64,000 nucleotides of DNA, from assembly GCA_963714085.1 (NCBI GenBank), contig OY970229.1, positions 608,001-672,000 of the forward strand. Reading direction: 5' to 3'. The DNA is from an uncultured Candidatus Micrarchaeota archaeon (lineage in GTDB: Archaea > Micrarchaeota > Micrarchaeia > Anstonellales > Bilamarchaeaceae). The notes below the pieces were generated by a model. That model had not been told where the DNA came from. It saw only the letters and a program-made list of their open reading frames with translations, and ran no database searches. This document shows, in pieces, positions 1 through 8,413 of this stretch. The translations under genes and the position numbers were made by a program. Every line of letters begins with the position of its first letter. Position 1 is the first letter of the stretch.

Positions 1-37
1 TAGGGACGTTGCATAAATCTTAGTTCGCCACTGCGAA

Positions 38-496
38 TTAGCCTGGCCGAAGCCTCTTGAACAGCCTGTAAGTTCTCCCGTAATTTCTGAAAACGACCTG
101 CCTGACGACCCTGTATCCGTTCTTTTTGTAGAACCCGACCGAGTTGACCGCGCAGTGCGCCCTTATCGCCTTGAATCCTTTCTTCTTCGCGATTCGTTCT
201 ATAGCCGCGAGCAGTCTGGTTCCGATGCCCCTGCCCTGGCGGGCCGGCTCTACGAAGAAGGCGCTGATCCAGCCATCCTTTGTCAGATTCACGGTCCCGA
301 CTATCGTTTTACCATCCTCTACGATCAGCATGTCCCGTTCCAAAGCCCTTTTGACGACTTCCCTCGGCCGGTTTTCCGCGATGATGAAGTCGATGACTCT
401 TTTGGGATAATGCTTAGCGTTTGCTTCTCTCAGCGTCCTGATGACGCATCTGCTCGTAGCACTGGCATCCCCTACCCTGAAACGGCGGATACGCAT
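38..496 (-). CDS. GNAT family N-acetyltransferase
   Basis: Acetyl-CoA motif QGRGIGTRLL and 'SVGFYKKNGY'. Confidence 0.9.
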   Translation of the reverse strand: MRIRRFRVGDASATSRCVIRTLREANAKHYPKRVIDFIIAENRPREVVKRALERDMLIVEDGKTIVGTVNLTKDGWISAFFVEPARQGRGIGTRLLAAIERIAKKKGFKAIRAHCAVNSVGFYKKNGYRVVRQVVFRNYGRTYRLFKRLRPG

Positions 497-566
497 GCTG
501 GATTACGCTTTTCCAATCTTTTAAAATCTGCGTATCAGTCTGATGGATTCGTATCAAACCGCGCCT

Positions 567-1142
567 TCACCGGAACATCCTGTTCAGGATCGGGATTATG
601 TAGAACGAAGCGACGAATCCCGCGAGTCCCCCTGTGAGCAAGCGAATGAGGTTCGTGCTCTCATACGGGAAGCCGAGCAGGTTTATGCCGATATCCGAAA
701 GAAGCTGGATCGTGCCGTCGATGCCTATGGGGATCAGTGCCGCTATGAGGATGGACGGCGGGAGTATCTTCTTATCTTCCAGCTTGAAAAACAGCGGGTA
801 GGCGAACGCGCCCAGGAGCATGGCGAGATAGATGCCTATGTCCCTGGCGCACACCGGGAACTTGAAGCCCGTCACCCCGTTGCGGACCTCGGAGAGGATC
901 ACCCCGTCATTGGACACGAAGGTCCCGTTCTGCGGCGTGCAGTCTCGTATGGAGAGTCCTTTGCCCTCGAAGAGGCAGAGCGAGCGCGATATCTTCTGGT
1001 GGCATGTGAACGCGAATCCGCCGTAGAGGGATTTGGCGAGAGGCAGGTCGGATAAGGCCAGGAACGGCGTGATCGCTATCAAGATCAGGAAGACCAATAA
1101 CAGCCCTACGTATATCCCGTATATTATCTTCGGCCTCTCCAT
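567..1142 (-). CDS. DUF2085-like membrane protein
   Basis: CHQ..RS and PVCARDIGIY motifs, IDG.Q, N..RL.TG; several TM helices. Confidence 0.8.
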   Translation of the reverse strand: MERPKIIYGIYVGLLLVFLILIAITPFLALSDLPLAKSLYGGFAFTCHQKISRSLCLFEGKGLSIRDCTPQNGTFVSNDGVILSEVRNGVTGFKFPVCARDIGIYLAMLLGAFAYPLFFKLEDKKILPPSILIAALIPIGIDGTIQLLSDIGINLLGFPYESTNLIRLLTGGLAGFVASFYIIPILNRMFR

Positions 1143-1221
1143 GGTATAACCTCAGTCTGCGAAGCCTTTAAATAAGATTCGGAAAATAAGGGGTTATTAG
1201 TCATAACGACCAGGTGATGTA

Positions 1222-1497
1222 ATGACGACAAAACTTTCCAGGATGTATGGAATGGACATCTTTTCGGACTCGGGCAAATTCCTCGGCAACGCGCAGGACT
1301 TCATAGTCGATGTCGAGAGCGGAGAGGTCTCCAGGATACTCATCGAGCAGCTCCCGTCTTCGAAGGATGAGGCTAAGAAGGCGCTGAGGGACAAATCGAT
1401 CCTTTATGCGAACGTCAAGTCCGTCGAGGACGTGATCGTGGTCACGAAGGGCATGAGCGTATCTTCGAAGGCCGCCGAGACACCCTCCTTGGAATAA
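1222..1497 (+). CDS. PRC-barrel domain protein
   Basis: GMDIFSDSGKFLG..DFIVDVESGEV pattern; GGTGA SD upstream. Confidence 0.85.
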   Translation: MTTKLSRMYGMDIFSDSGKFLGNAQDFIVDVESGEVSRILIEQLPSSKDEAKKALRDKSILYANVKSVEDVIVVTKGMSVSSKAAETPSLE

Positions 1498-1518
1498 GCT
1501 CCAGCAAAAGGTCTGAGG

Positions 1519-1725
1519 ATGGCAGGCACCCTGATAAAGATAATCGTGGGCATAGGCTCACTGGCTATCGGCATCGGAGTGACTTATTTTTATTCAATGA
1601 ACTGCTTGAAACCGGTCTGCCCGCTGCCCACTGACGAGGGCACTCTTATCCTGATAGGAGTGATCATGACCGTGTTCGCGTACATAGCGCTCTATTTCAT
1701 GACCAAAGGCGCCAGCAGCGGCTAG
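1519..1725 (+). CDS. small two-TM membrane protein
   Basis: Two hydrophobic helices with a CxxxxC loop; GAGG upstream. Confidence 0.6.
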   Translation: MAGTLIKIIVGIGSLAIGIGVTYFYSMNCLKPVCPLPTDEGTLILIGVIMTVFAYIALYFMTKGASSG

Positions 1726-1737
1726 AACCACCGGCTT

Positions 1738-2220
1738 TTACAAGGAAAGCATTCCGGACAGCTTCTTTTTCAGTTTCGCATCCGGCAGCACGAGCACCAT
1801 GCCTTTCTGCGGCTGGCCGTAGACTATGGCGTCGTCCTTGCCCGCGGCCAGGACGAATGCGAGCGCGGTGAGGTCCTCCTCTCCGATGATGAGCACCCCA
1901 CCCCCTTTCCCGAGAAGCATGGGGGCGTCCGCGATTATGCTCTCTGAAAGCGTGCCGGGCGGATTCTCGTATGTCTCCGGATGCGGGTACTCCGAGCGCA
2001 GGAGAGCAGAATCATCCGGTCCGATATCATGCCTCATGGACCTGAAATCGAAAACCGCGAGGTGCGGCTTCGTCCCGGCACGCAGCAGCGCGAGCGTGCA
2101 TGCGTCACCGACGGACACCAGCCGGCGGCCCGCGGCTATCTGCAGTAGCTCCTTCGCGCTGCCGCATAGCCTGCCCAGGGGCGTCCTGAGCTCATCCCTC
2201 ATGCTGTCCGATATAATCAT
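1738..2220 (-). CDS. GTP-dependent dephospho-CoA kinase (DUF359)
   Basis: VGD, NPPG, GEEDL and YGQP motifs. Confidence 0.9.
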   Translation of the reverse strand: MIISDSMRDELRTPLGRLCGSAKELLQIAAGRRLVSVGDACTLALLRAGTKPHLAVFDFRSMRHDIGPDDSALLRSEYPHPETYENPPGTLSESIIADAPMLLGKGGGVLIIGEEDLTALAFVLAAGKDDAIVYGQPQKGMVLVLPDAKLKKKLSGMLSL

Positions 2221-2273
2221 ACAAGGTGCTTAGCCTGATGCAAATTAAAACAGTTGGTCTTGCTTAATCGATC

Positions 2274-3398
2274 ATGAAACCTGGCTTGGGCACCGATGCG
2301 AAGATACTGGGCCTGGCGGGATTCCTGGCGAATGCGTCCACGGAGATGCTGGTCCCGCTGCTGCCCCTGTTCCTAACGAAAGTGCTGCTCGCGCCAGTGC
2401 TCGTCGTCGGCCTGATGGAGAGCCTTGAGGGGTTCGTGACCGGCATCCAGGGTTTCCTCTCCGGGCTGCGTCCGGACGGCGGAAAGAAGCGCATGGTGGC
2501 CGGCTACTCGCTCTCGGCGATTGTGAAAAGCCTGCTTGCCTCGGCTTCTGCCTGGCCGCAGGTGGCCCTCATAAGGGTGCTCGCCGGGTTCGGGGACAGT
2601 ATCGCCGAGCCGGCGCAGGAGGCCGCTCTCTCAGGAGGCGCGGAAAGCGGGTTCCGCAGGATGCTCTGCAACATGGGCGCAATCGCTGGGCCGCTCATCG
2701 CTGCGCTGGTACTCGTGCTCATGTCCGCCAGGGTGCAGGCTTACGGGACTGTTTTCCTGCTCGCCGCGGTCCTGGCGGTCCTCGCGGTGCCTGCGCTATT
2801 CTTGCTTAGTGAGAAGTCCGCGCAGCAGCCGAGCATGCCATTGAAAAGCCTCGCGCCATCCCACGCCCTGCGTCCGTTCCTCGCGTTCACCGCGGTCCTC
2901 GCTCTGGGCCAGTTCAGCGTGATGTTCTTCATACTCCGCGCATGGGATTTCCTGCCTTTCGTCCTGATACCGGTGGCATACCTCGCATACAACGTCTTCT
3001 ACGCGATATTCTCCATGCCGGCGGGCGTATTGGCGGACCGGCTGGGGCCCAGGGCCGCGATGCTGCTCGGCATGCTATCTCTCCTGCTCGCGCTCGCGGG
3101 CGCCGCGTTCTTCCCCTCGCTCGTGGTGCTGTTCCTCGCGTTCGCGTTCCTGGGCATGTCCATGGCGGTTGTGAGAACCGTTCCGCGGATGTTCCTCTCC
3201 AAAGCCGTCCGCAAGGAGGATTGCGCTTCCGCCATGGGCTATTACAGGGGGCTGACCGGCGTTGTCGCTCTTCCGGCGAACCTCCTGGCCGGCCTGCTGT
3301 GGGCCGTCCCGTTGTTCGGCGCCCCTGCCCCTTTCGCCATTTCCATCGCCACCACGCTCGTGGCGGTGGCGTTGTTGCTGCTTGTGGTCAAAGATTAA
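2274..3398 (+). CDS. MFS transporter
   Basis: About 12 TM helices; G.LADRLG motif A in the second half. Confidence 0.85.
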   Translation: MKPGLGTDAKILGLAGFLANASTEMLVPLLPLFLTKVLLAPVLVVGLMESLEGFVTGIQGFLSGLRPDGGKKRMVAGYSLSAIVKSLLASASAWPQVALIRVLAGFGDSIAEPAQEAALSGGAESGFRRMLCNMGAIAGPLIAALVLVLMSARVQAYGTVFLLAAVLAVLAVPALFLLSEKSAQQPSMPLKSLAPSHALRPFLAFTAVLALGQFSVMFFILRAWDFLPFVLIPVAYLAYNVFYAIFSMPAGVLADRLGPRAAMLLGMLSLLLALAGAAFFPSLVVLFLAFAFLGMSMAVVRTVPRMFLSKAVRKEDCASAMGYYRGLTGVVALPANLLAGLLWAVPLFGAPAPFAISIATTLVAVALLLLVVKD

Positions 3399-3436
3399 AA
3401 ACCCTTCCCAGCCATATAGCGCCAGGGGGGAGTTCC

Positions 3437-3952
3437 ATGAACAAGAACAAGATACTCAGCTGCCTTTTCGTGATATTGGGCCTTATAGTGATCATCGGGA
3501 GCATATTCGTGCTGGTGAGCTACGCCACCGACATACTGAACGCGGTGGTGAACTTCGTGACCAGCAACGACCTTCCGAAGCTCGCGCAGTGCGGAGCCGT
3601 AATCCCGTCGGAGTTCTCGAACATAAAAGCCGATTTCACCAGCCTCTTGTTGCCGATGCTCTACTACGGGGTGCCGGTGCTGCTGCTCGTGGTCTCGGTC
3701 CTGATGTTCCTCTCAGGCTATTTCTACAACAAGGGCAGGCAGGAGGACGAGGCGCGGAAGAAAGACGAAATCGAGCGCGAGATGATAAGGAAGGCCGCGG
3801 AGCGGGTGGCGAGGCAGAAGGCCAAGCAGGCCGAGGACGCCGCTGCCAAGGCCATGGAGGAGGAGCTGGAGAAGCCCCAGGCGCTCGAGCAGGCACAGGA
3901 GGCCGCGCCTCCGGCAGAAACAGAGATGATAGTGAGGAAGAGGAAGAAATGA
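3437..3952 (+). CDS. two-TM membrane protein with charged C-terminal tail
   Basis: ATG at 3437 after GGGGAG; start re-assigned from the longer track ORF. Confidence 0.7.
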   Translation: MNKNKILSCLFVILGLIVIIGSIFVLVSYATDILNAVVNFVTSNDLPKLAQCGAVIPSEFSNIKADFTSLLLPMLYYGVPVLLLVVSVLMFLSGYFYNKGRQEDEARKKDEIEREMIRKAAERVARQKAKQAEDAAAKAMEEELEKPQALEQAQEAAPPAETEMIVRKRKK

Positions 3953-4606
3953 TCAGAGAATCCGGCTTCCGGTCTCGCTTCCCACGATTATCTTGTCGAA
4001 TTTCGTGAATATCCCGTTCTCGACTATGCCGGGCATGGATTTGAGCCATGCCTCGGTCTTCTTAGGGTCTTCCACCTTCATGTCCATGTCCACGATGTAG
4101 CAGCCGTTGTCGGATATCACCGGCCCGAGCTTCCTCTGGGCGATGCGTATTTTGGGTTTGTACCCCTTGAGCTCCCGCAGGACGAACGGGGCCGCGAAAG
4201 GCAGCACCTCGAGCGCCACGTTGCCCTCGAGCCGCTTGCAGACCTTGCTCTCGTCCACGATCACTATGAACTTCTTTGCGCTGTAGTCGATTATCTTCTC
4301 CCTGGTGAGCGCCCCGCCGCCGCCCTTGAGCAGCGCGTCCTTGGTCACGGTGTCCGCCCCGTCCACGGCCAGGTCTATGTCAGAGATCGTGTCCGGCTCG
4401 ACCACCCAGAGCTTGTTCTCGATGGCGAGCATCCTGGTGTCCAGGGAGGTCGTGACGCAGCATAAGTTGAGTTTCTCGTCCTTGATCTTGGCCACCAGCA
4501 GCTTGAGGAATTCGCGGGCCGTCGAGCCGCTGCCCAGGCCTATGCACATGCCGTCCTTCACGTATCCTAGCGCGGCTTCCGCGGCGTTGGTCTTGGGGTC
4601 GGACAT
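3953..4606 (-). CDS. rpiA: ribose-5-phosphate isomerase A
   Basis: IGLGSGST, DGAD and KGGGGALTREK motifs; start at MSDPK. Confidence 0.95.
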   Translation of the reverse strand: MSDPKTNAAEAALGYVKDGMCIGLGSGSTAREFLKLLVAKIKDEKLNLCCVTTSLDTRMLAIENKLWVVEPDTISDIDLAVDGADTVTKDALLKGGGGALTREKIIDYSAKKFIVIVDESKVCKRLEGNVALEVLPFAAPFVLRELKGYKPKIRIAQRKLGPVISDNGCYIVDMDMKVEDPKKTEAWLKSMPGIVENGIFTKFDKIIVGSETGSRIL

Positions 4607-4614
4607 GGGGGATG

Positions 4615-4785
4615 TCACTTTTTCGGCTGCGCTATCGACAACGTTCCCTTTTCCTGCAATACGGTTTCGATCTCTTTCCCTTTCAGGTCGGTGAGGGTGA
4701 CAATCATCGATTTTTCCGAAACCCCGATTGTGAGTATCCGCGGCTGGCCCTTGAGGGTTATTTCCATCGAATATAGCGTCTCCAT
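4615..4785 (-). CDS. small hypothetical protein (56 aa, METLYSMEITLKGQPRILTIG...), absent from ORF track
   Basis: Open frame ATG 4785 to TGA 4615; GGTGAGG SD overlaps the upstream stop. Confidence 0.55.
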   Translation of the reverse strand: METLYSMEITLKGQPRILTIGVSEKSMIVTLTDLKGKEIETVLQEKGTLSIAQPKK

Positions 4786-4790
4786 AAGCC

Positions 4791-5063
4791 TCACCCGCTT
4801 TCGACGTTGATCCTAACTGATTGTATGTTCTTTGGATTGGATGCCGCGAGCAGTGCCAGCTGGATTGGGTCGTTCGCGGGGAGTTTTTTTCCGAGCAACT
4901 CCGATGTTTCCTGCGCCGCACTCGCTGCAGCGCGGACCGAGGCATCGACTCGTCTTATTACTACTGGAAAGGCAGACGCTGGCGCTTCCACCTTGGGCGC
5001 TTCCCTGGGCGGTACCTTGAGCTGTGCTGGTGCCTCTGTTTCGACCTCCTTCGACATCGCCAT
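4791..5063 (-). CDS. hypothetical protein (90 aa)
   Basis: GGAG SD upstream; fills the gap between rpiA and alaX. Confidence 0.55.
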   Translation of the reverse strand: MAMSKEVETEAPAQLKVPPREAPKVEAPASAFPVVIRRVDASVRAAASAAQETSELLGKKLPANDPIQLALLAASNPKNIQSVRINVESG

Positions 5064-5120
5064 AAAACCATCTCCTTACTATAATAAATGCACTTTGTGC
5101 CTTAAAAACCATGTGGTTGC

Positions 5121-5834
5121 ATGACGAAAACACTTTATCTCGAAGATAGCTACAAGAGGGAATGCGATGCGGTTGTTTTGGAGATCGCGGATCATGGCGT
5201 GGTCCTCGACCAGACCATCTTCTATCCCCGTGGAGGGGGACAGCCTTGCGACACCGGGAGGATGGTCTTCCCGGACCGGGAATCGCGTGTCCTGAACGTC
5301 ATGAAGAAGGAAGGGCGTATCATCCACGAACTGGAGGCTGGCACACAGGATGCCAAGGCCGGGGATCGTGTCCATCTCGTCCTCGATTGGGAGCGCAGGT
5401 ACAGGCACATGCGCATGCACACCGCGGCTCACGTGCTCGGCTCCACGATGTACAACGACATGGGCGTGCTCATAACCGGAAACGAGCTCGGCGAGGACAG
5501 GACGAGGTTCGATTTCAACACCGAGAACTTCGACAGGGCGCTGTTCGACAGTATCGTGAAGAAGGTGAACGGGTTGCTGGCGCAGGATGTCGAGCTCAAG
5601 GTATACTCGCTCCCGCGGGATGAGGCGATGAAGATTCCGGGCGTGGTCAAGCTCGCAAATGCGCTTCCCCCGAGCATCACCGAGCTGCGCATCGTGGAGA
5701 TCCCAGGGATCGACGTCCAGGCCGACGGCGGGACGCACGTGAGGAATCTGAAGGAAGTGGGCCAGATAGAGCTGCTGAAGCTGGAGAACAAGGGGAAAAC
5801 GAACAGAAGGATATACTTCGCCCTGAAGCCGTAG
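5121..5834 (+). CDS. alaX: AlaX-M trans-editing enzyme for misacylated tRNA-Ala
   Basis: FYPRGGGQP.D.G, HTAAH and ADGGTHV motifs. Confidence 0.92.
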   Translation: MTKTLYLEDSYKRECDAVVLEIADHGVVLDQTIFYPRGGGQPCDTGRMVFPDRESRVLNVMKKEGRIIHELEAGTQDAKAGDRVHLVLDWERRYRHMRMHTAAHVLGSTMYNDMGVLITGNELGEDRTRFDFNTENFDRALFDSIVKKVNGLLAQDVELKVYSLPRDEAMKIPGVVKLANALPPSITELRIVEIPGIDVQADGGTHVRNLKEVGQIELLKLENKGKTNRRIYFALKP

Positions 5835-5839
5835 CGCGA

Positions 5840-7021
5840 TCAGATGTGTTTGAGCAGTATGTTGAAGTAGGCTACAGACGCGACAAATGCGACCAGGCCT
5901 CCCACGCACACCACCAACAGACCGGTGCCGAGCGCGCTCAGCGCGAATGCGACAGCGCCTCCGAGCACAAGGCCGCCCAGGCCGATGATCGCCATGCGGA
6001 CCACGTCCGGGCCTTCTGCCACTGGCATCTGCCCTGGAGCGATCGGGATGGGCGGTTGCGGCGCAGCTACGGGCTGCGGAGCTTCTGGCTGCGGTAGCGG
6101 CTTGGGTTCCGGTACGAGTTTCGGTTGCGGCACGAGTTCCGGCTTCGGTTCGGGCTGCGGAGGAGCGACTGGCAGGGGCTCGGGCTCCTTTTCCTCCGGC
6201 TTCTCCTCGACTTTCTCCTCTTCGACCTCCTCTTTCTTCGGGATGAAATCCGGCTCAACGAAATGCCGCATCCTCCTTAGCTCTTCCTCCTCTTCAGGAG
6301 TCTTCTCGGGCGGTGCCGGGGCTGCCTCTTCTTCTTGCGGTTCCTCTTCTGTTTCCGGCTTCTCCTCGGCTTCCGCTCCCTCTTCGGTCTCGGGTTTCTC
6401 TTCGGCTTCCGGCTTCTCTTCCGGCTCTTCCTCGGGTTTAGGCTGCTCCTCTTCCGAAGGTTCCTCTTCAGGAGCCTCTTCCTTCTCCGGCTCTGCCTTT
6501 TTCTCGGGCTCCTCCTCGAACTCGGGGACGATTTCCATCTGAGGCTGGGGCGCCGCTTCCTTCTCCTCCTTCTCTTCTTCAGGCCCCTCTTTCTCTTCAG
6601 GTTCCTCTTCTTCCGGCTCTTCTTCCTTTTCCGGCTCCTCACGCTTGGCCTTGGACGGCTTCTTCTCCTCTTCCTTGAAGCTTTTGAGTATCCTCTGGGT
6701 CTCGGATTCGTATTCTGCACTGACAGGCGCCTTTTTCTCGGCCTCCTTCGCCGCCTTGCGTTCGCGCATCCTTGCGACGAACTCGTCCATACCGATCTCC
6801 TTCGCAGCTGGCTTGGACGGCGGTGGAGGTGCCGGGGCTGAGGGCATCTTCCGTATTGGAGCAGGGGGTGCCTTCCGTACCGGGGCTGGCGCGGCCTTCC
6901 GTACCGGAGCCGCTTTCTTCGGCTTGGCGGCGGCCTTCACCGGCTTTTTCACAGAAACTGCTTTTTTTGCCGGCTTGGCCTTTGTCGCTGCTTTCTTCCC
7001 TGAGCTTTTCTTGGGCGCCAT
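5840..7021 (-). CDS. low-complexity protein: K/A-rich N-terminus, E/P-rich middle, C-terminal TM hairpin
   Basis: Composition read directly from the translation. Confidence 0.75.
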   Translation of the reverse strand: MAPKKSSGKKAATKAKPAKKAVSVKKPVKAAAKPKKAAPVRKAAPAPVRKAPPAPIRKMPSAPAPPPPSKPAAKEIGMDEFVARMRERKAAKEAEKKAPVSAEYESETQRILKSFKEEEKKPSKAKREEPEKEEEPEEEEPEEKEGPEEEKEEKEAAPQPQMEIVPEFEEEPEKKAEPEKEEAPEEEPSEEEQPKPEEEPEEKPEAEEKPETEEGAEAEEKPETEEEPQEEEAAPAPPEKTPEEEEELRRMRHFVEPDFIPKKEEVEEEKVEEKPEEKEPEPLPVAPPQPEPKPELVPQPKLVPEPKPLPQPEAPQPVAAPQPPIPIAPGQMPVAEGPDVVRMAIIGLGGLVLGGAVAFALSALGTGLLVVCVGGLVAFVASVAYFNILLKHI

Positions 7022-7116
7022 GAAGAGTATTGGAAAGAAACATCAATAAATGCTATCGGTTCCCTGGGTTCGACTCGGTAGAAATAGAAAAATGCTTGGA
7101 GTTTTTAAAAAAAAGA

Positions 7117-7224
7117 TAGCGGGGAGTGGATTTGAACCACTGATCTCTGGGTTATGAGCTTCGCCTTCCGGACAAACGCATTTGTCCGAAATCCAGCGGG
7201 TACTCCAAGCTACCCTACCCCGCT
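7117..7224 (-). tRNA. initiator tRNA-Met(CAT) with 33-nt intron at 30/31 (7160-7192)
   Basis: AGCGGGG acceptor with A1-U72; spliced anticodon arm CTGGG-CTCATAA-CCCAG; junctions form CGCT/GGCG helix with GG|A and AA|G bulges. Confidence 0.92.
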
Positions 7225-7508
7225 ATCGTTTATTCCAAACCGTAGAGGCTAGGAACAGGATTGTATTAGGTAAGATGGCTTTATATTTGTGCACGTCAGG
7301 CGAACGGCCCCGTTCCTGAAGAAAACTACGCAGTTATTCGAATACACAAATCCACCAGTGCTTCGCATAAGGATAGCATAAGCGGCTTGGTTGATCCTCT
7401 TGAAGTCATCGCCTTCGAGCAAAGAAGGCTCGTAAATACCTCTTATCCTCATCGCCGCGAATCCATTATGCAGAAGAAGGATTTAAATCCGACAGGAGAA
7501 AGCAAATC

Positions 7509-7910
7509 ATGAACGAACCAGGGACGATAAGGAAGATCCTGAGGGAATCGAAGGTCATAGCGGTTGTCGGTCTCAGCGACAAGCCGGACCGGCCCAGCTA
7601 CGGCGTCGCTGAGTACCTGATGGAGAACGGATACCGCATAATCCCCGTCAACCCGAACATCAGGGAATGGAAGGGCATAAGGGCGTACCCGGACCTCACC
7701 TCGGTCCCCTTGAAGGTGGACGTCGTGGACATTTTCCGGAGGAGCGAATTCGTCCCTGAAGCGGTTGACGGAGCGATTGCCATAAAGGCCAAGGCGGTCT
7801 GGATGCAATTGGGGGTTTTGGACTCCGAGGCCGCAGAGAAAGCGGAAAAGGCGGGGCTTCTCGTGGTGATGGACCGCTGCATGAAGATAGAGCACTCGAA
7901 GATGAGATGA
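7509..7910 (+). CDS. CoA-binding protein (YccU-like)
   Basis: IAVVGLS.KP.RPS, PVNP, WMQLG and DRC motifs. Confidence 0.92.
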   Translation: MNEPGTIRKILRESKVIAVVGLSDKPDRPSYGVAEYLMENGYRIIPVNPNIREWKGIRAYPDLTSVPLKVDVVDIFRRSEFVPEAVDGAIAIKAKAVWMQLGVLDSEAAEKAEKAGLLVVMDRCMKIEHSKMR

Positions 7911-7912
7911 AC

Positions 7913-7984
7913 TGGACTTGGGGGGACTCGCACCCCCGGCCTCCCGCGTGCAAGGCGGACGCTCTGCTGCTGAGCTACAAGCCC
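7913..7984 (-). tRNA. tRNA-Ala(TGC)
   Basis: 72-nt cloverleaf with G3:U70 and A73; anticodon loop CTTGCAC. Confidence 0.9.
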
Positions 7985-8069
7985 TTCTGAGTACTCTTTC
8001 TATATCCGTATTCTTATATATTTCGTTGTTTTAGAACGAGGAATGGAAAAATTTGGGAAGAAAAAAAGA

Positions 8070-8186
8070 TTAAACGCTGCACCCGCCCCAACCGCAGGAG
8101 AAACAGGTCTTGCACCCCTCCTGGAAGATCAGGGACGAGTCGCAAACAGGACAGATACCCTTGTTTATTTTTTCTTTTTCCGTCAT
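8070..8186 (-). CDS. 38-aa zinc-ribbon microprotein resembling the NrdJ C-terminal tail
   Basis: MTEKEKINKGICPVCDSSLIFQEGCKTCFSCGWGGCSV; AT-rich TATA-like tract upstream and T-run downstream. Confidence 0.75.
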   Translation of the reverse strand: MTEKEKINKGICPVCDSSLIFQEGCKTCFSCGWGGCSV

Positions 8187-8413
8187 CCTGATCCCATGAT
8201 GGAGAACAAGATTAAATATTAAATAAGATTCTTTTCACGTCGATATTTTTCTTCCACGTTTGTTGACAAACCTAGTCAGGATTCACATCGCCACGGATAG
8301 GGAAAAATATTTTCGCGCGTTTGCGCGCTGCGATTCCTATTCGTAAAATCGTTTCTTGTCGTAGATGCGAATCGACGTGCGGAAAAAATAAAAACACACG
8401 GAATATGAAAAAT

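Noticed and set aside
3953..4945. N-terminally extended RpiA, and similar extended track ORFs for Bud32, PurE, Pop5, Lon-like and DUF599
   Set aside because: The extensions are shadow reading through neighbouring genes; family homology starts at internal ATGs.
6060..6700. Possible CRISPR or tandem DNA array
   Set aside because: The repeats are degenerate Glu/Pro/Lys codon runs inside a CDS, with no fixed repeat-spacer period.
7249..7452. 67-aa minus-strand ORF upstream of tRNA-iMet
   Set aside because: No recognisable motif and it overlaps the likely tRNA promoter region; cannot be supported.
8190..8410. Cobalamin riboswitch upstream of the NrdJ-like microprotein
   Set aside because: Only an ATAGG(G)AA fragment is present; the B12-box and other conserved elements were not found.
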